From contig NW_024704768.1 in assembly GCF_018977255.1 (NCBI RefSeq), forward strand, positions 2,790,001 through 2,854,000: a stretch of DNA of 64,000 nucleotides. The letters run 5' to 3'. Each line of letters starts with the position of its first letter. The first letter of the stretch is position 1. Positions 25,000 through 36,967 of the stretch are shown here, piece after piece. The notes under the pieces are model-generated. The model made no database searches, was not told the origin of the DNA, and saw nothing but the letters and a program-made list of their open reading frames with translations. The stretch is from Callorhinchus milii. Taxonomy: Eukaryota. A program made the position numbers and the translations under genes.

Positions 25000-25266
25000 C
25001 CTGCAATCTGGGTTTTTTGCTCGAGGAGCGACAGGCGAGAGGAGAGTTAGAAGCAGAAGGTGTCTGTGAGGAGTTGAGCAGGTGAGGCGCTGCTTTTATC
25101 CGCTCTCTCTCCCAGCGCTGGGGCTGGGCCGGGTGTCAGGTAACAAGCGTCTCAATGGAGCAGAGCAGCCAAGGGAGGAGCCAATGGCCTGACATTGGGA
25201 TAAGTTCTAACCTGCCCCACACCTGGCCCCGGCCTGTACCCTCAGGGCAGTTTGCAGTCCAAGTCG
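25000..25266 (-). promoter_or_regulatory. 5' UTR and proximal promoter of copy B
   Basis: Same block as copy A; GATAAAA at 25100-25094. Confidence 0.5.
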
Positions 25267-27509
25267 ACAGAGTGTATCTAAGGGATACAAGTCTCCAAAC
25301 CGGCTCAGCCTCTCAGCACAATTTTTAAAAAAATGTTTTGAACATTGTCTACGCAGCATTTCCAGAGCGCACAGCTTTTCTTTGGTCAATTCTTTGAGTA
25401 CGAGGGTTCGTTTCGAAGGCATTTTTGCCTTTTTTCCTGTCTGTAAAGTTTCTTCTAAGAGTTGCAGAGAGAGAAGGAGAGGGAGAGGGAGAGAGAGAGA
25501 GAAAAAAGATGGAAAGTCAAGGCTGAATTCAGCAATTAGCTCTTGATCGAAACCCAGAACCCTCTTTCAATCACCTTCCTTTGCGCAGAGCATTCCAAGT
25601 CCCTCCAACTCTCTTTGAGTGAAAACATTTCTCCCCTTAAACTCTCCTTTTGCTCTTCTTGTGACCGTCTCTGTTTCCCCAACCAGTGGAAATAGCTTCT
25701 CCCTATTTCCACTGTCAACACCCCTCATCATTGTGTTCCCCAACCCCCCCCCACCCCCTCTAGGGGGTCACCCCTCGTTCTTCTCTGCTTCAGTGAGAAA
25801 CACAACAGCCGGCTTCTCCTCAACACTATTGGTTTTGAGAGGTTTTGGACAGTGCGATAAGGTTTGCTGTATCACATGCAGGGTTTGTTATCAGCTCTGC
25901 AGCACGCAAGGGGTTAAACCCCCCCCCCCCCCGACACCTTTTGGGATCCCATTTTGGGCGCGGCCTTTTTTTTTTGCGCCAAGTTGCATTTTTTTGTTGC
26001 GTCTTCAAACCGGGAGCTGAGTGGGGGGGAAAAAAAAACTCTTTCTTGTCGTGTTTGCAGTCGGAGAGTTTTCAAACTCAAAAGTGCTGAGCAGAGGGTG
26101 TGGGTAAGAGAGACTTTGCATCATGTCCACTCTTGCAAAATGTCTTCCCACCGCCCACCTTCTGTTCTCTCCTCGTTCATACACCACATCGACTTCCTCC
26201 GTTTACCCGGCAGTCAGTCGGAAGCCGGTGGTTAGTCGATTGGCGGATCGCTTTTCCGGGGGTAATAATCCCCTCCAAAAAAAAAATGGTTAAAGGAATT
26301 TGTGGTCATTCAATCCACGACTGTTTGTGGGGGACGCTGCTGTGCGCAATTGGCTGCCGCGTTGATGACCGGTGAATGATCAATTCTATATTTGGGGAAC
26401 TGTTGGCCGAAACACCGGGAGAAAACTAGGAGAAAGGCAGACGGGATCTCCCATAAAATATTTCACCCACAGAATATGCAGTCAATTCGCTTTACAGTAT
26501 ATTCTGTGAAGCGCTTTGAGATGACTCGAAGATGTGATAAGGCGCTGTATCAAACGCAAGGATTGTTATTATTATTTATTATTACTATTCCTTCAGCCAT
26601 CGGATCTGTGTTGATTGGCGAGGACGCAGTGCGCGCGAATGCCCTGTCGCTAAAATCCCCGAAAGCACATCGTACATGTGGTTCGCTCTGCCTCAGATAG
26701 CAGAGAGCGAGTCTGTTGTCTTGAGGTGGTGTGGTGGGGGGGGGCGCGTGGCGTGGGGGTCGGGATGGGGGGGGGGTCGGAAGGAGAGGCACACCACCTT
26801 GACGACGGGAGAGACTTCACGGGTGCGAAGGGAAAGACTTTTACTTTTGAGAAGAAAAAGTTTGTCAAAAGTTCCTATTGAAAAACTACATTCGCTGAAG
26901 AAGCGGAGAGGGAGTGGGTGGGTGGGTGGTGGTGGGGTGCGGGCAGGGCAGGGGGGAGAGGGGGAGTACGGGGGGTGGGGGGGAGGGGGGGGAGAGAGCG
27001 AGGGGTGTGGGAGAGCGAGTCCCAGGGAAGCGTTTGCTGACTCTGGTCAGAATTCTTCTCCGAGGCTTAAACGCCACGCCTATGGAGCGTGGGCGCGGTT
27101 CGAATACCTTGCAGACTGGTTGGTTGCACAGCAGATCTGCTTGCCTTGTAGTTTTGTGAAGGTGAGAAGTGTCTGGTTCTGGGAGGGGCGGTGAGATGCT
27201 GTGATTGCACCCGCCTGGAATGCACCATTACCTCACCCCACCTTGGCCCGGTCTGGTCTGGCCTCCGGCACTCCACCCACCTCCTCCCCCTCTTCACTCC
27301 GCTGTGCGAAAAATCCGGCTGCCGAGTTCGCCCACAAGACACACACTTTCGCTGCACTTTACAGCAGCGACAGCACATTGCATCCGGGTAGCGCCTCTTA
27401 CGCCTTGTAGCGCCCCTCAGTCCCTAATCGCTACCCCCCCCCCCACCCCCACCCCACCCCCCCACCCCGCAACTTATCAGATCTATTCACCCAGTGAGTC
27501 TGTTATAGG

Positions 27510-27950
27510 TTGGGCTCCCCATCACTCAGAGGATACGGTTCAATCCTCGTCCTCACCTTCAAAACCCTTCACGGTCTTGCTCCTCCCTACCTCTGTGACC
27601 TCCGAACCCCCTACCAACCTGTCCGCTCTCTCCTCTCAGTGGGCTCCAGCCTCCTTCACGTCCCCCGCCTCGCCTGCCCCACCATTGGCGGTCGGGCCTT
27701 CAGCCTCTCTGCCCCTACCCTCTGGAACTCCATCTCACGTCAAGTCTCCGTCTCGCCCCCTCCCCTCGCCTCCTTCAAGACCCATCTTAAGAGCCTCCTC
27801 TTCGATCGCTCCTTCGGTCGCCCTCCTACCCCTTACCCTCCCCGCCCTCCACCCCCTCCTGATCCCAACACCAGCTGGGTGCAGATTCCTGACTGTCCAG
27901 CGCCTTGGGACGTCCTCCGGACGTGAAAGGTGCTGCGTAAATGTAATTTG
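27510..27950 (+). mobile_element. L2 LINE 3' fragment
   Basis: ILVLTFKTLHGLAPPYL...GGRAFSLSAPTLWNSI...FKTHLKSLLF. Confidence 0.85.
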
Positions 27951-29609
27951 CCCAAGCGATACCTCTGTATACCTGTTTTCCTGCGGGTGATTACAGGCCT
28001 TAACGTAAGTTAATGTCACACAAAAAACAGGCACTGTTAATCCGAGTTATCCGTAACCGTGCCCTGATTCAGATGATCTGAGTCAAGCAAACGTGTTTCG
28101 ATTCGGGTCACAACCCAACAATCCAACGAGTGCAGAACTTATTCAGTGGTAACTAACGCTGCAAGTATTTTTTAACGAAGACTAACAATTGAGTAATCTG
28201 TGGATTGCTATGAGGTTAGCAACTTGGAGTTTGCTCACTAATCTGGATCTAATCTAATTGATGGGAAACATGCACCAGGAAAAGGGTGTGGATCGAGGGT
28301 GTGGATGGACAAACTCGACCCTTCGAATGAATAAGTCCTCCTTCTTCGAATTTATTCTCGACCACAGCGTCGCTGCCTCTCCTTGGCCTGGCCCAGCCTG
28401 TAGCGCAAAATTTGTGGGTTCGCGCCTCCAAGTTGAGCACTGCTGGGGTGGGGGTGGTGGGGGGGGGGTTGGAGAGCGCTACTTTGATACAGTGCCTTAT
28501 CACGCCATTGGAACATCTCGAATCACTTCATCTGGATTTTTGCTGTGAAATACGATAACTGCATTGGCAGGCAAATTGATTTTTAATCTCTTTTACTGTT
28601 TATTCTCATTCACAAGGAGGAATATTGGCCTGGATCCAGGGAGAAACACCCTGCTCTTATTTGAAGCGATTTATCCCATGCACCGCCCCATGTACCCTCA
28701 GGAGACAGAGTAGGGTTGGGTCGCTGTAGAAACCGGGGTAGGATTTTGCTGAGCTCTGAACAGAATAGACTTGATGGACTGATTGAGATCTCACGCCCCA
28801 TATTCTATCACGTTATCACATCGTCAAACTGTCTCAAAATACACTAGCGGGTACTAAGCCCATATAAAAAAATTGTTTAAACATAATTCGGTCACTTCAA
28901 TCCACGGCTGTTTGTGGGACACTGCTGTGCGCAATCGACTGCTGCGTTTTGCCCACACAATATACAGTTACTCCATTTTACAGTATATTCTGTGAAGCAA
29001 TTTGAGGCATCTAGAAGGGAACCACCCAACAAATGCCCTTTGGAATTCAATCCCTGATTGGCTCCACCTTGGCTTCCTCTCCATGAAACATCCTCCTGAA
29101 AACTGTCCTCTTCGACCACACCCATTGCCCTCGCCCTGTCCGCTGGCACCGTCTCTCTACAAAAAAAATTCGAGACATAATCCTTCATAAACGATCTCGG
29201 TTTGGAAGTCACTTTTCCACAGTTGGTACAAAAAATGGCTTCCAAACCGAAGAATGGTCAACATGATCTATCCTCTGGGAGATGGGGAGCCAGTGAAGCC
29301 GGCCGAGGGTGATGGGGTCAGGGAGCCATGGTGCGGGAGATGACACGATTTGCAGACTCCTGAATCATCTGTAGCTTGTGGAGAGAAGAGTTGGGACAAT
29401 GTGGCACTTTCCCACCATTGCACTGGTGTCTGATGCTGAAAAGAGTTGGATATTAGCATCAACAGCATTAGGTTAAAAGCATTAATGTCTTAAGAGGACA
29501 CAAAAGCACACATGAGGGAGAAGGGAATTGGAGAGTTAGGGATCTTGTGTAGAGTACAAACACCGGCATGGACTAGTTGGGCCAGATTGAGCTCGGCTGG
29601 TGTTTTGTG

Positions 29610-30090
29610 CTAGGAACATAGGAACAGGAGTAGGCCGTTCAGCCCCTCCAGCCCCTGTTCCGCCATTCTAGTAGATGGTGGCTGATCTGTACCTCAAATC
29701 CAATTAACCAGCGCTTGCCCCGTATCCCTTGATACCCTGATCTAAGAATATATCCACACCTCAGTCTTGAATATGTGAATGGATATAGTGTCCACAGCCT
29801 TTTGGGGGAGAGAGTTCCAGATTCCCCGTTACCATTTGTGTGAAAAACTGCCTCTTGATCTCACTCGTAAATGCCTGAGCACTAATTTTAAGACAATGCC
29901 CACCCTTGTTCTGGATTCCCCCCCCTCCACCCACCAGAGGATATAGTTTCTGTGCATCTACCCTATCGAATGGCTTTCTCATTTCAAAAAACCTCAATCA
30001 GGTCGCACCCCTCAACCCTCTAAATTCAAGCGAAGAGAGGAGCAAGTTTACGCAACCCGACCTGGTAATTGAGCCCTTTAAGTATCATTC
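29610..30090 (-). mobile_element. CR1 LINE 3' fragment
   Basis: Starts with ggaacataggaacaggagtaggcc (reverse of the CR1 terminal repeat); FDRVDAQKLYPL...FFTQ. Confidence 0.75.
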
Positions 30091-31244
30091 TGCTGATTCT
30101 GTCCTACGCCCAATCTATTTTACCTGAGTCGGTCAGTGCTTGTCATAGTTGCCATATTTGCAAAGAGCTGGCTCTGCGATTATCTGGGATCAGATGTGTT
30201 TCAAGTCGTCCCCACCTCAGAAACATGTCTGTTTTGTTAGTGAGTAACTGGGTGTTAGGGTTACACAGTCGGTGATTGGATCTGAAAAATCTGCAACAGT
30301 GAAATGTCACCCACAAGCGAAACTAGTCTGGCCGGTTTGATACAGGGACGTTGATGTGAAAGACGCTCACCTTGTCTCGCAGCTGAAGTGCCCTGAATGA
30401 ATTCGATTAATCCCTCGCCCTACAAGTGGGCGTCCAGAAAAGCATGCTGATGCCAGGGGTCTGTGAGGCATAGCGGGTACAACTGCAACTTTGGATCTCC
30501 CCCTGGCCATGTGTAATCTGCTTGAGCTGTTTAATTACCCCCCCCCCACCTATTTAATCACCGCTCAGAAGGTGGGGTGGGCGGGGGGTGGTGGGGGCGG
30601 GAGGGTGGGGTGCAGGGATTTTTCCCACTCAGCTCCCGTTGACCTTTTGCGAGCCCAAGCCCTGAAACGGGGAAGGGCGGTCCAAAACGGACCAACAGCG
30701 GGAAAGCTCTCAAACCAACGGCATGCTACGTGGGCTTAGCCGGTTAGTCTACAGCAACGCACACCGTGGGGTCCCTCAATCCGTTGCTCTCACCAACCTT
30801 GCGCCTAATACCATGAGTAATTAGGTAAGTGGGGGGGTGCAATAGGGAAAGAGTGCAAGGATTATTATTACTTTGACCAGTTGGAGTCAACGAAAGGAAT
30901 CGGATCAGTTTGGACTGAGCCACGCCATCACGCCGGTCCTGGCCAGGCTCCACTGGCGCCCGAACAGCGAACGGATCGACTTCAAGATCCTCGCACTCGT
31001 TTTCAAATCACTTCACGCCCTGGCACCTCCCTACCTCTCCGACCTGCTTACCCCACCCCCCCCCTCCGCCCCCGCACCCTCCGGTCTCCTGCACATCCCT
31101 CGTGCCCTCCGTTCCACCAAGCGCTCTGAGATCCGCTACCCTGCGTGAGGGGGAGCCGTGTAATCCATGACCGTTTTGTGGGGGGACGCTGCCGTGCACA
31201 ATTGGCTGCCGCGTTTCGCCCACAAAACGTACAGCCAGTTCACT

Positions 31245-33350
31245 TAGAATCATTGAATCGTACAGCACAAAAAGAGGCCATTCGGCCCATCAAGTCTGTG
31301 CCGGCTCTTTGAATAGAGCAATTAATGTCAGTCCCACACCCCGGCCCTTTCCCCATAACCCTGCAAACCCGTCCTCCACAAATACCCGTCCACCGCGTTT
31401 TTAAAAATGGTTATTGATTCGGCCTCGACCGCCCTTTCAGGCAATGGGTTCCAGATTCGAACAACTCGCTGCGTGAAAAAATTCCTTCTCCCCTCCCCTC
31501 GGCTTCTTTTGGAGACGATTTTGAATCTGTGACCTCGAGTCACCAACACACCCACCAGTGGAAACAGTTTTTCCCTTTCTAACCTATCAAATCCCCTCAT
31601 GATTTTGAAGACCTCCATTAGATCTCCTCGTAACCTTCTCTGCTCCAATGAGAATAATCCTAACCTCTCCAGCCTTTCCTCATCATCACGGCCCCTCATT
31701 CCTGGTACCATCCTCGTAAATCTCCTCTGTACCCTTTCCAATGCCTTAACATCCTTCCTATAGTGCGGTGCCCAGAACTGGGCGCAGTATTCTAACTGAG
31801 GCCTAACCAGTGTTTATATGGGTTAATCATAACCTCCTGACTCTTGTACTCTATGTCCCTATTTATAAAGCCTAGTATCCCATATGCCCTTTTTACAGCC
31901 TTATCTACCTGTCCTGCCACCTTCAAGGATTCATTTACCTGCACCCCCAGGTCACTCTGTTCTTTCACCCCCTTAAGATTGTATTACCAGCCTATATTGC
32001 CTCCCCTCATTCTACCAAAATGCATTACCTCACATTTCTCCACATTGAAACTCATCTGCCATGTGTCGCCCATTTTACCATTCTGTCTCTGTCTTCCTGC
32101 AGTCGGCTGCTATCCTTCTCACTGTTTACCCCCTACCTAACTTTGTGTCGTCCGCAAACTTGGCAATGGTACTTGCTATACCCAAGTCCAGATCATTTAT
32201 GTATATTAAGAAGAGCAGTGGTCCTAATACCGATCCCTGGGGGACACCACTGTACACTTCCCTCCAGTCAGAAAAGCAGCCGTTCACCACAACTCTCTGC
32301 TCTCTGTCTCCCAGTGAGTTCTGGATCCGCTGCCACTGTCCCTTTTATACCATGGGCTTCTATCTTTCTTACAAGTCTTTCATGTGGCACTTTGTCAAAT
32401 GCCTTTTGAAAGTCCATATAAACTACATCAACTGCACTACCTTTATCCATCCTCTCCGTTACCTCATCGAAAAATTCTATTAGATTTGTTGGACAAGATT
32501 TGCCTTTAACAAATCCGTGCGGCTGTCCGTAATTAACCCATATTCTTCCAGGTGAAGATTTATTCTATCCCGGATTATAGTCTCCAGGAGTTTCCCCACT
32601 ACTGATGTAGGGCTGACTGGCCTGGAGTTCCCAGGTTTGTCCTTCTGTCCCTTTTTGTTCAGGGGAGTCACATTGGCCACTCTCAAGTCCTCTGGCAACA
32701 CCTCTGTGTCCAACAAAGATTGAAAAATGGTAGCTAAAGCCTCCGCTGTTTGTACCCGTGCCTCCCATAGTAACCTTGGCTGCATCTCGCCCAGACCGGG
32801 CGACTTATCTACCTTTTCAGTACTTCAACTCTGTTTATACTTATCCTATCCATTTTCGCTACCCTCTCCTCCAATACTGTTACAGAAACGTCGGTCTATA
32901 CCTCTCACTGTTGTATCCCCTATAACAACAGCATTGCTCCTGTTACCTATGTCCCCCTGTTCCACCAATCGGTTTTCACTGTCCTCCCTGGAGATATCAG
33001 CACTCTCCATGTTCAGTACAGAGTACTGATTTGAGAGAGCTACACTATTGGGGAGATTCTGCCCAGCCCGTCCCCTCTTCCTACCGTGCCGGACAGTCAC
33101 CCAGTCATTTTCCGTCTGAACCCTCAGTGTGTGGGATGGGGTGACCACCTCTTGAGGTGTCTGGTCCATCAAATACTCACATCCGTTGATCAAGTTTGAA
33201 GCCCAAGGCTCCATCACCCCTCTCTCAGGGTTCCCATTATCTGCAGGACTGATGAAACCATCCTGTCCCTGAGCATTAACCAGATGCAAGCATCTCCCGA
33301 GCCTCAGGGGAGTGATGGTTTCCTCCGACATACTGTCCAGGAAACCTCTC
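31245..33350 (-). mobile_element. Internally deleted CR1 LINE (ORF1 esterase piece, ORF2 RT, 3' UTR)
   Basis: ORF1 WVTVR...LSNQYSVL...VVIGDTTVRGIDRRFC; ORF2 [60 protein letters not shown]. Confidence 0.9.
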
Positions 33351-33634
33351 ACTGTCCCTGTACAGTGTGTCCTGAGAAGTGCCTTGAGACGTGATAAGGG
33401 GCTGTACGAATGCAAGGTTTATTATTATTATTTACCGCAATTTTAACGTTAACGTTTATATTATGAATTCCAGATGCTCTGCGTCTGCCTTGGTTTGCAC
33501 TTTGACCCGACAACGGCCCAGATCCGTTCTTCTTCCTCTCGTCTCTTTGATCGTGGGCAACATCGCCATCTAATGGCTGATGATAATAATAATAATAATA
33601 ATAAAAATAATCCTTACATTTGATATACAATACA

Positions 33635-34470
33635 AAATTACATTTACACGGGGTCTGTCATGTTTGGAGGACGTCCCAAGGCGCTGGGCAATCAGGGATT
33701 TGGACCTGAGCTGGGGGTCGGATTCGGGGAGGATGGAGGATGGGGAGGGTACGTGTTGGAGGGTGGCTGAAGGCACCTTGAAAGAGGCGATTGAGAGAGC
33801 GACGTGAAGGGAGCGTCGGATAGATTTCCAGAGGTTGGGGGCAGAAAGGCTGAAGGCCCGACCGCCAATGGTGGGGCGGGCCAGATGGCTGAACAGAGGG
33901 AGCGGATTTTGACTCTATCCTCTGGGGAATGGGGAGGCAGTGGAGTCGGGCGAGGGTGGGGGTGATGGGGTGCAGGAGAGGACACGGGCTGCAGAGTTCT
34001 GGATGATCTGCAGCTTGTGGAGCAAAGAGTTGGGAAGGCCGACAAGCAGGAGTTGGTGTAGTTGCGTCTGGATGTGATGAATTTGTGGATGAGGGTTTCA
34101 TCGGCCTGAGGGGTGAGACAGTGGCGGAGCCGGGCGATGTTGCGGAGGTGGGGGGAAGGCAGAGCGGATCATGACATGGATGTGGGGTAGGAAGGACAGT
34201 TGAAGGTCAAACAAGACGCAAAGATTCTGGACTGACTCAATGAGGTGGAGTGTGCATCTGTGGATGCTGATGCTGCCAATGCCTCAAGTGTGGAGGCGCT
34301 GATGGAAGACAATCAGGAGAGCCTCGGTCTTGTTGGCATTCAACTGTAGAAAGTTAGCTCTCATCCAGGACTTGATGCCTGATACACATTCAATCAGGAC
34401 AGCAGTGGTCCTGGAGTCGAGGGTGGAGGCAGAGAGGTACAGTTGGGTGTCATCCGCATACATGCGGAGG
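33635..34470 (-). mobile_element. L2 LINE RT and 3' fragment
   Basis: MYADDTQLYLS...IKSWMRANFLQLNANKTEALL through to the L2 tail. Confidence 0.85.
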
Positions 34471-34474
34471 TTGA

Positions 34475-35033
34475 CCTGTCTTCGAGACGTTTCAAAGTGT
34501 TTCACAGAATATACTGTAAATTGAATTGACTGCATAATTTGTGGGCAAAACAGGGCAGTCAATTGCGCACAGCGGTGTCCCATGAACTTAAACAGTGGTT
34601 GATTGAGTAAGCAAATTAGTTTTATTTGCCTTGAAGGATTTATTACCCCCTGGAAAAGCGATCCGCCATTCGACTAAAAACCGGGTTCCTAATTACTGCT
34701 GGGTAAACAATAATAATAATAATAATCCTTGCATTTGATATAGCATTTTTCACGTCGGGAGGACGTCCCAAAACGCTTCACAGAACACACTGTAAAGTGA
34801 ATTGACTGTATATTTGTGGGCGAACGCGGCGGCCAATTGCGCACAGCGATGTCCCACAAACAGTCGTGGATTGAAAATGACCAATTTATTATTGTTTTTG
34901 GTTTTGGAGCGATTATTATTAGGCTCTGTGTGGAGTAAGGAAACTTGCCCAAGGTTTCGCCCTCTGCCTGGGACTCGAACCCAGGTCCTCTCACTTGCGA
35001 GGCGAGTGCTCTCACCAATGAGCTACAAGACTC
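34475..35033 (-). mobile_element. Adjacent SINEs: truncated long subfamily (about 34475-34708) and full short subfamily (34709-35033)
   Basis: Direct similarity to other SINE copies in the window. Confidence 0.8.
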
Positions 35034-36455
35034 ACTGCCAATGATAGGTTGGACACCTCTGATCCAGTGCAGTGTTGGGGGGGGGGGAACGTTGCATTGT
35101 ATTGTCGGAGGGGAACTGGTGATGGGGGGGAGGGGGCAGAAATATGTTACACCCCAAACCCCCTCTAACTCCGAGTTGCTGATATTTCAGCTTCACCGTT
35201 AAACTATAAGATGGATTCTGCGCGGCAGAAACTGTCGATCGCACCAGAGACGCTCTTACTGCTGACTGGCAATGGGAAGTGCTGTAATTCTCCATTGGTC
35301 GTCGCCTTCCGTCAATCATCGTCCTCCATCAGGTCCGCCCCCCCCCACACCTCCCTCCACCCCCTCCACCCAGCCCCCTCCACCCTCCCCCCCCCCTCCC
35401 ACAATCCGACCATTGGCTGGAACTGTTGTACTTTCCACAAAATGTTGATGGTAATTTGGTCGCTCAATCCATGTCTGGTTGTGCCCAATTGGCTGCCGCG
35501 TTTCGCCCCCAAAATCCCGCTTTACGGTATACCCCGTGAAGCGCTTTGAGACGTCTCGAAGACGTGATAAGGAGGGGCCGTATCGAATGCAAGGATTGTT
35601 GTGGTTAAAAGTTAAACCAATGTCCCGTTTGCCCGCTCAGGTGGGTATGAAAGATCTCGTGGCGCTATTTCTGGAATGGAATGCGCACCCTCGCTGTGAA
35701 TGGGCACATCCTGTTTACCTCAATCTGGAGAGTGGGTATTGGGCACAGGTTGGCAAGACCCAAGGCTTTGGGACCTTGGAGTGTGTGCATTGGGGATGGA
35801 GTAACTGCTGAAACTTTAGCAGCTAAAACCATATAGCTTGCCAGATAGCTTGACTGGCTCCGGCCTCCTCCTTGTCCCCTGGACCCGCCCCCCCCTCCCT
35901 CACTCCACCACCGGTGACTGCGCTTTCAGTCACTACGCCCCGAAGCTGTGGAACTCCCTCCCTGAATCCCTTCGCCTTGCCCCCTCTTCTCCCCATTATC
36001 AGGTCGCGCTTGAAGACCTTCCTATTTGACCGTGCCTTGTGTCACCTTCCCCCCTCCCCCCAGCTCCGCCACCGTTAAGCGCTCCGAGACGCCGTCAGGC
36101 GCGAAGGGCGCTGTATAAACACAAGTTGCTGTTGCTTGTCCTGTTAGGACCACCCTACCCCTTTAGGGCTTTGGGTTTCAGGGCGCATAAGAGCTTGGTT
36201 GGGAAGAGCCCATACTGCTTCACTGAATGGTGATTTACCGTGAGGGGCTTCGAAACATTTCGGGATTACACGCGGCGCATCGAATACAACGATTGTGATC
36301 TCTTGCGAGGCGTTATTTGGTACGTGTGCTTCCGTAATTTCTTAGTCAAAAAGTGCTTAAAAGCTTGACTTCACTCCAAAGTCACTCTCTTCTCCAGAGC
36401 GTTACTAAATAGGCACTGAAACACAATGAGCACAAATGAGCAGGTGAAGCAAAAG

Positions 36456-36461
36456 TTTATT
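36456..36461 (-). terminator. Polyadenylation signal of copy C
   Basis: AATAAA on the minus strand about 510 nt past the stop codon. Confidence 0.65.
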
Positions 36462-36967
36462 GTAGCACGGAATGGAACAGAAAACCAACCCCTGCCGCGA
36501 GAAGGGTAAAGAATACAATGTTGGGACTAAACATCTTGCGTTAGCTCTCTTCAGTCGGAAGTGAAACATTTCCTCTCTAGTTTTGCTCAGATCTCGATAG
36601 ACATTGCTCACTAAAGTGTGGCAAAGCGACAGCCACTGGATAGGAGAGTTCCCTGGGATAATTCTAAGCCTTTTATCAAAGCTACCTCACCGTGTAGGTG
36701 TGGTGCATCAGCCCCAATCGGGGGTTATGAGAGAGGGGAATAGGAAGGGCAGGGGACCCTCATGTGGCATGTAAACACCAGCTGAATAGTCTGAGTTAGT
36801 GCTGAGCCACTTGACGTGACTGTCTATCTGAATTAATGTAAGAGTATCTAAACCAGGCTGAGAGTTCAGCATATGCACGCTCTGTTCTACGTTCTACGTC
36901 ATTGAGATAGCTCTGGTGAAAGGTGACTGATAGCGGGACTGGCAAGAGGCAGGGAGTTAATCAGGTC

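Larger units (their letters stand above)
10829..25540. repeat. Tandem segmental duplication (units about 10829-17159 and 17600-25540), each carrying one keratin gene
   Basis: Sequences match directly; identical ORF translations recur at an offset of 8401-8405; homology ends at ...gaattcagcaattagc (17159 and 25540). Confidence 0.9.

Noticed and set aside
24320-25006. 228-aa ORF starting MQDVDEES as an alternative N-terminus for copy B
   Set aside because: It starts at TTG and exists only because of the 1-bp deletion after the true ATG at 24999; it also reads through the intron 1 donor.
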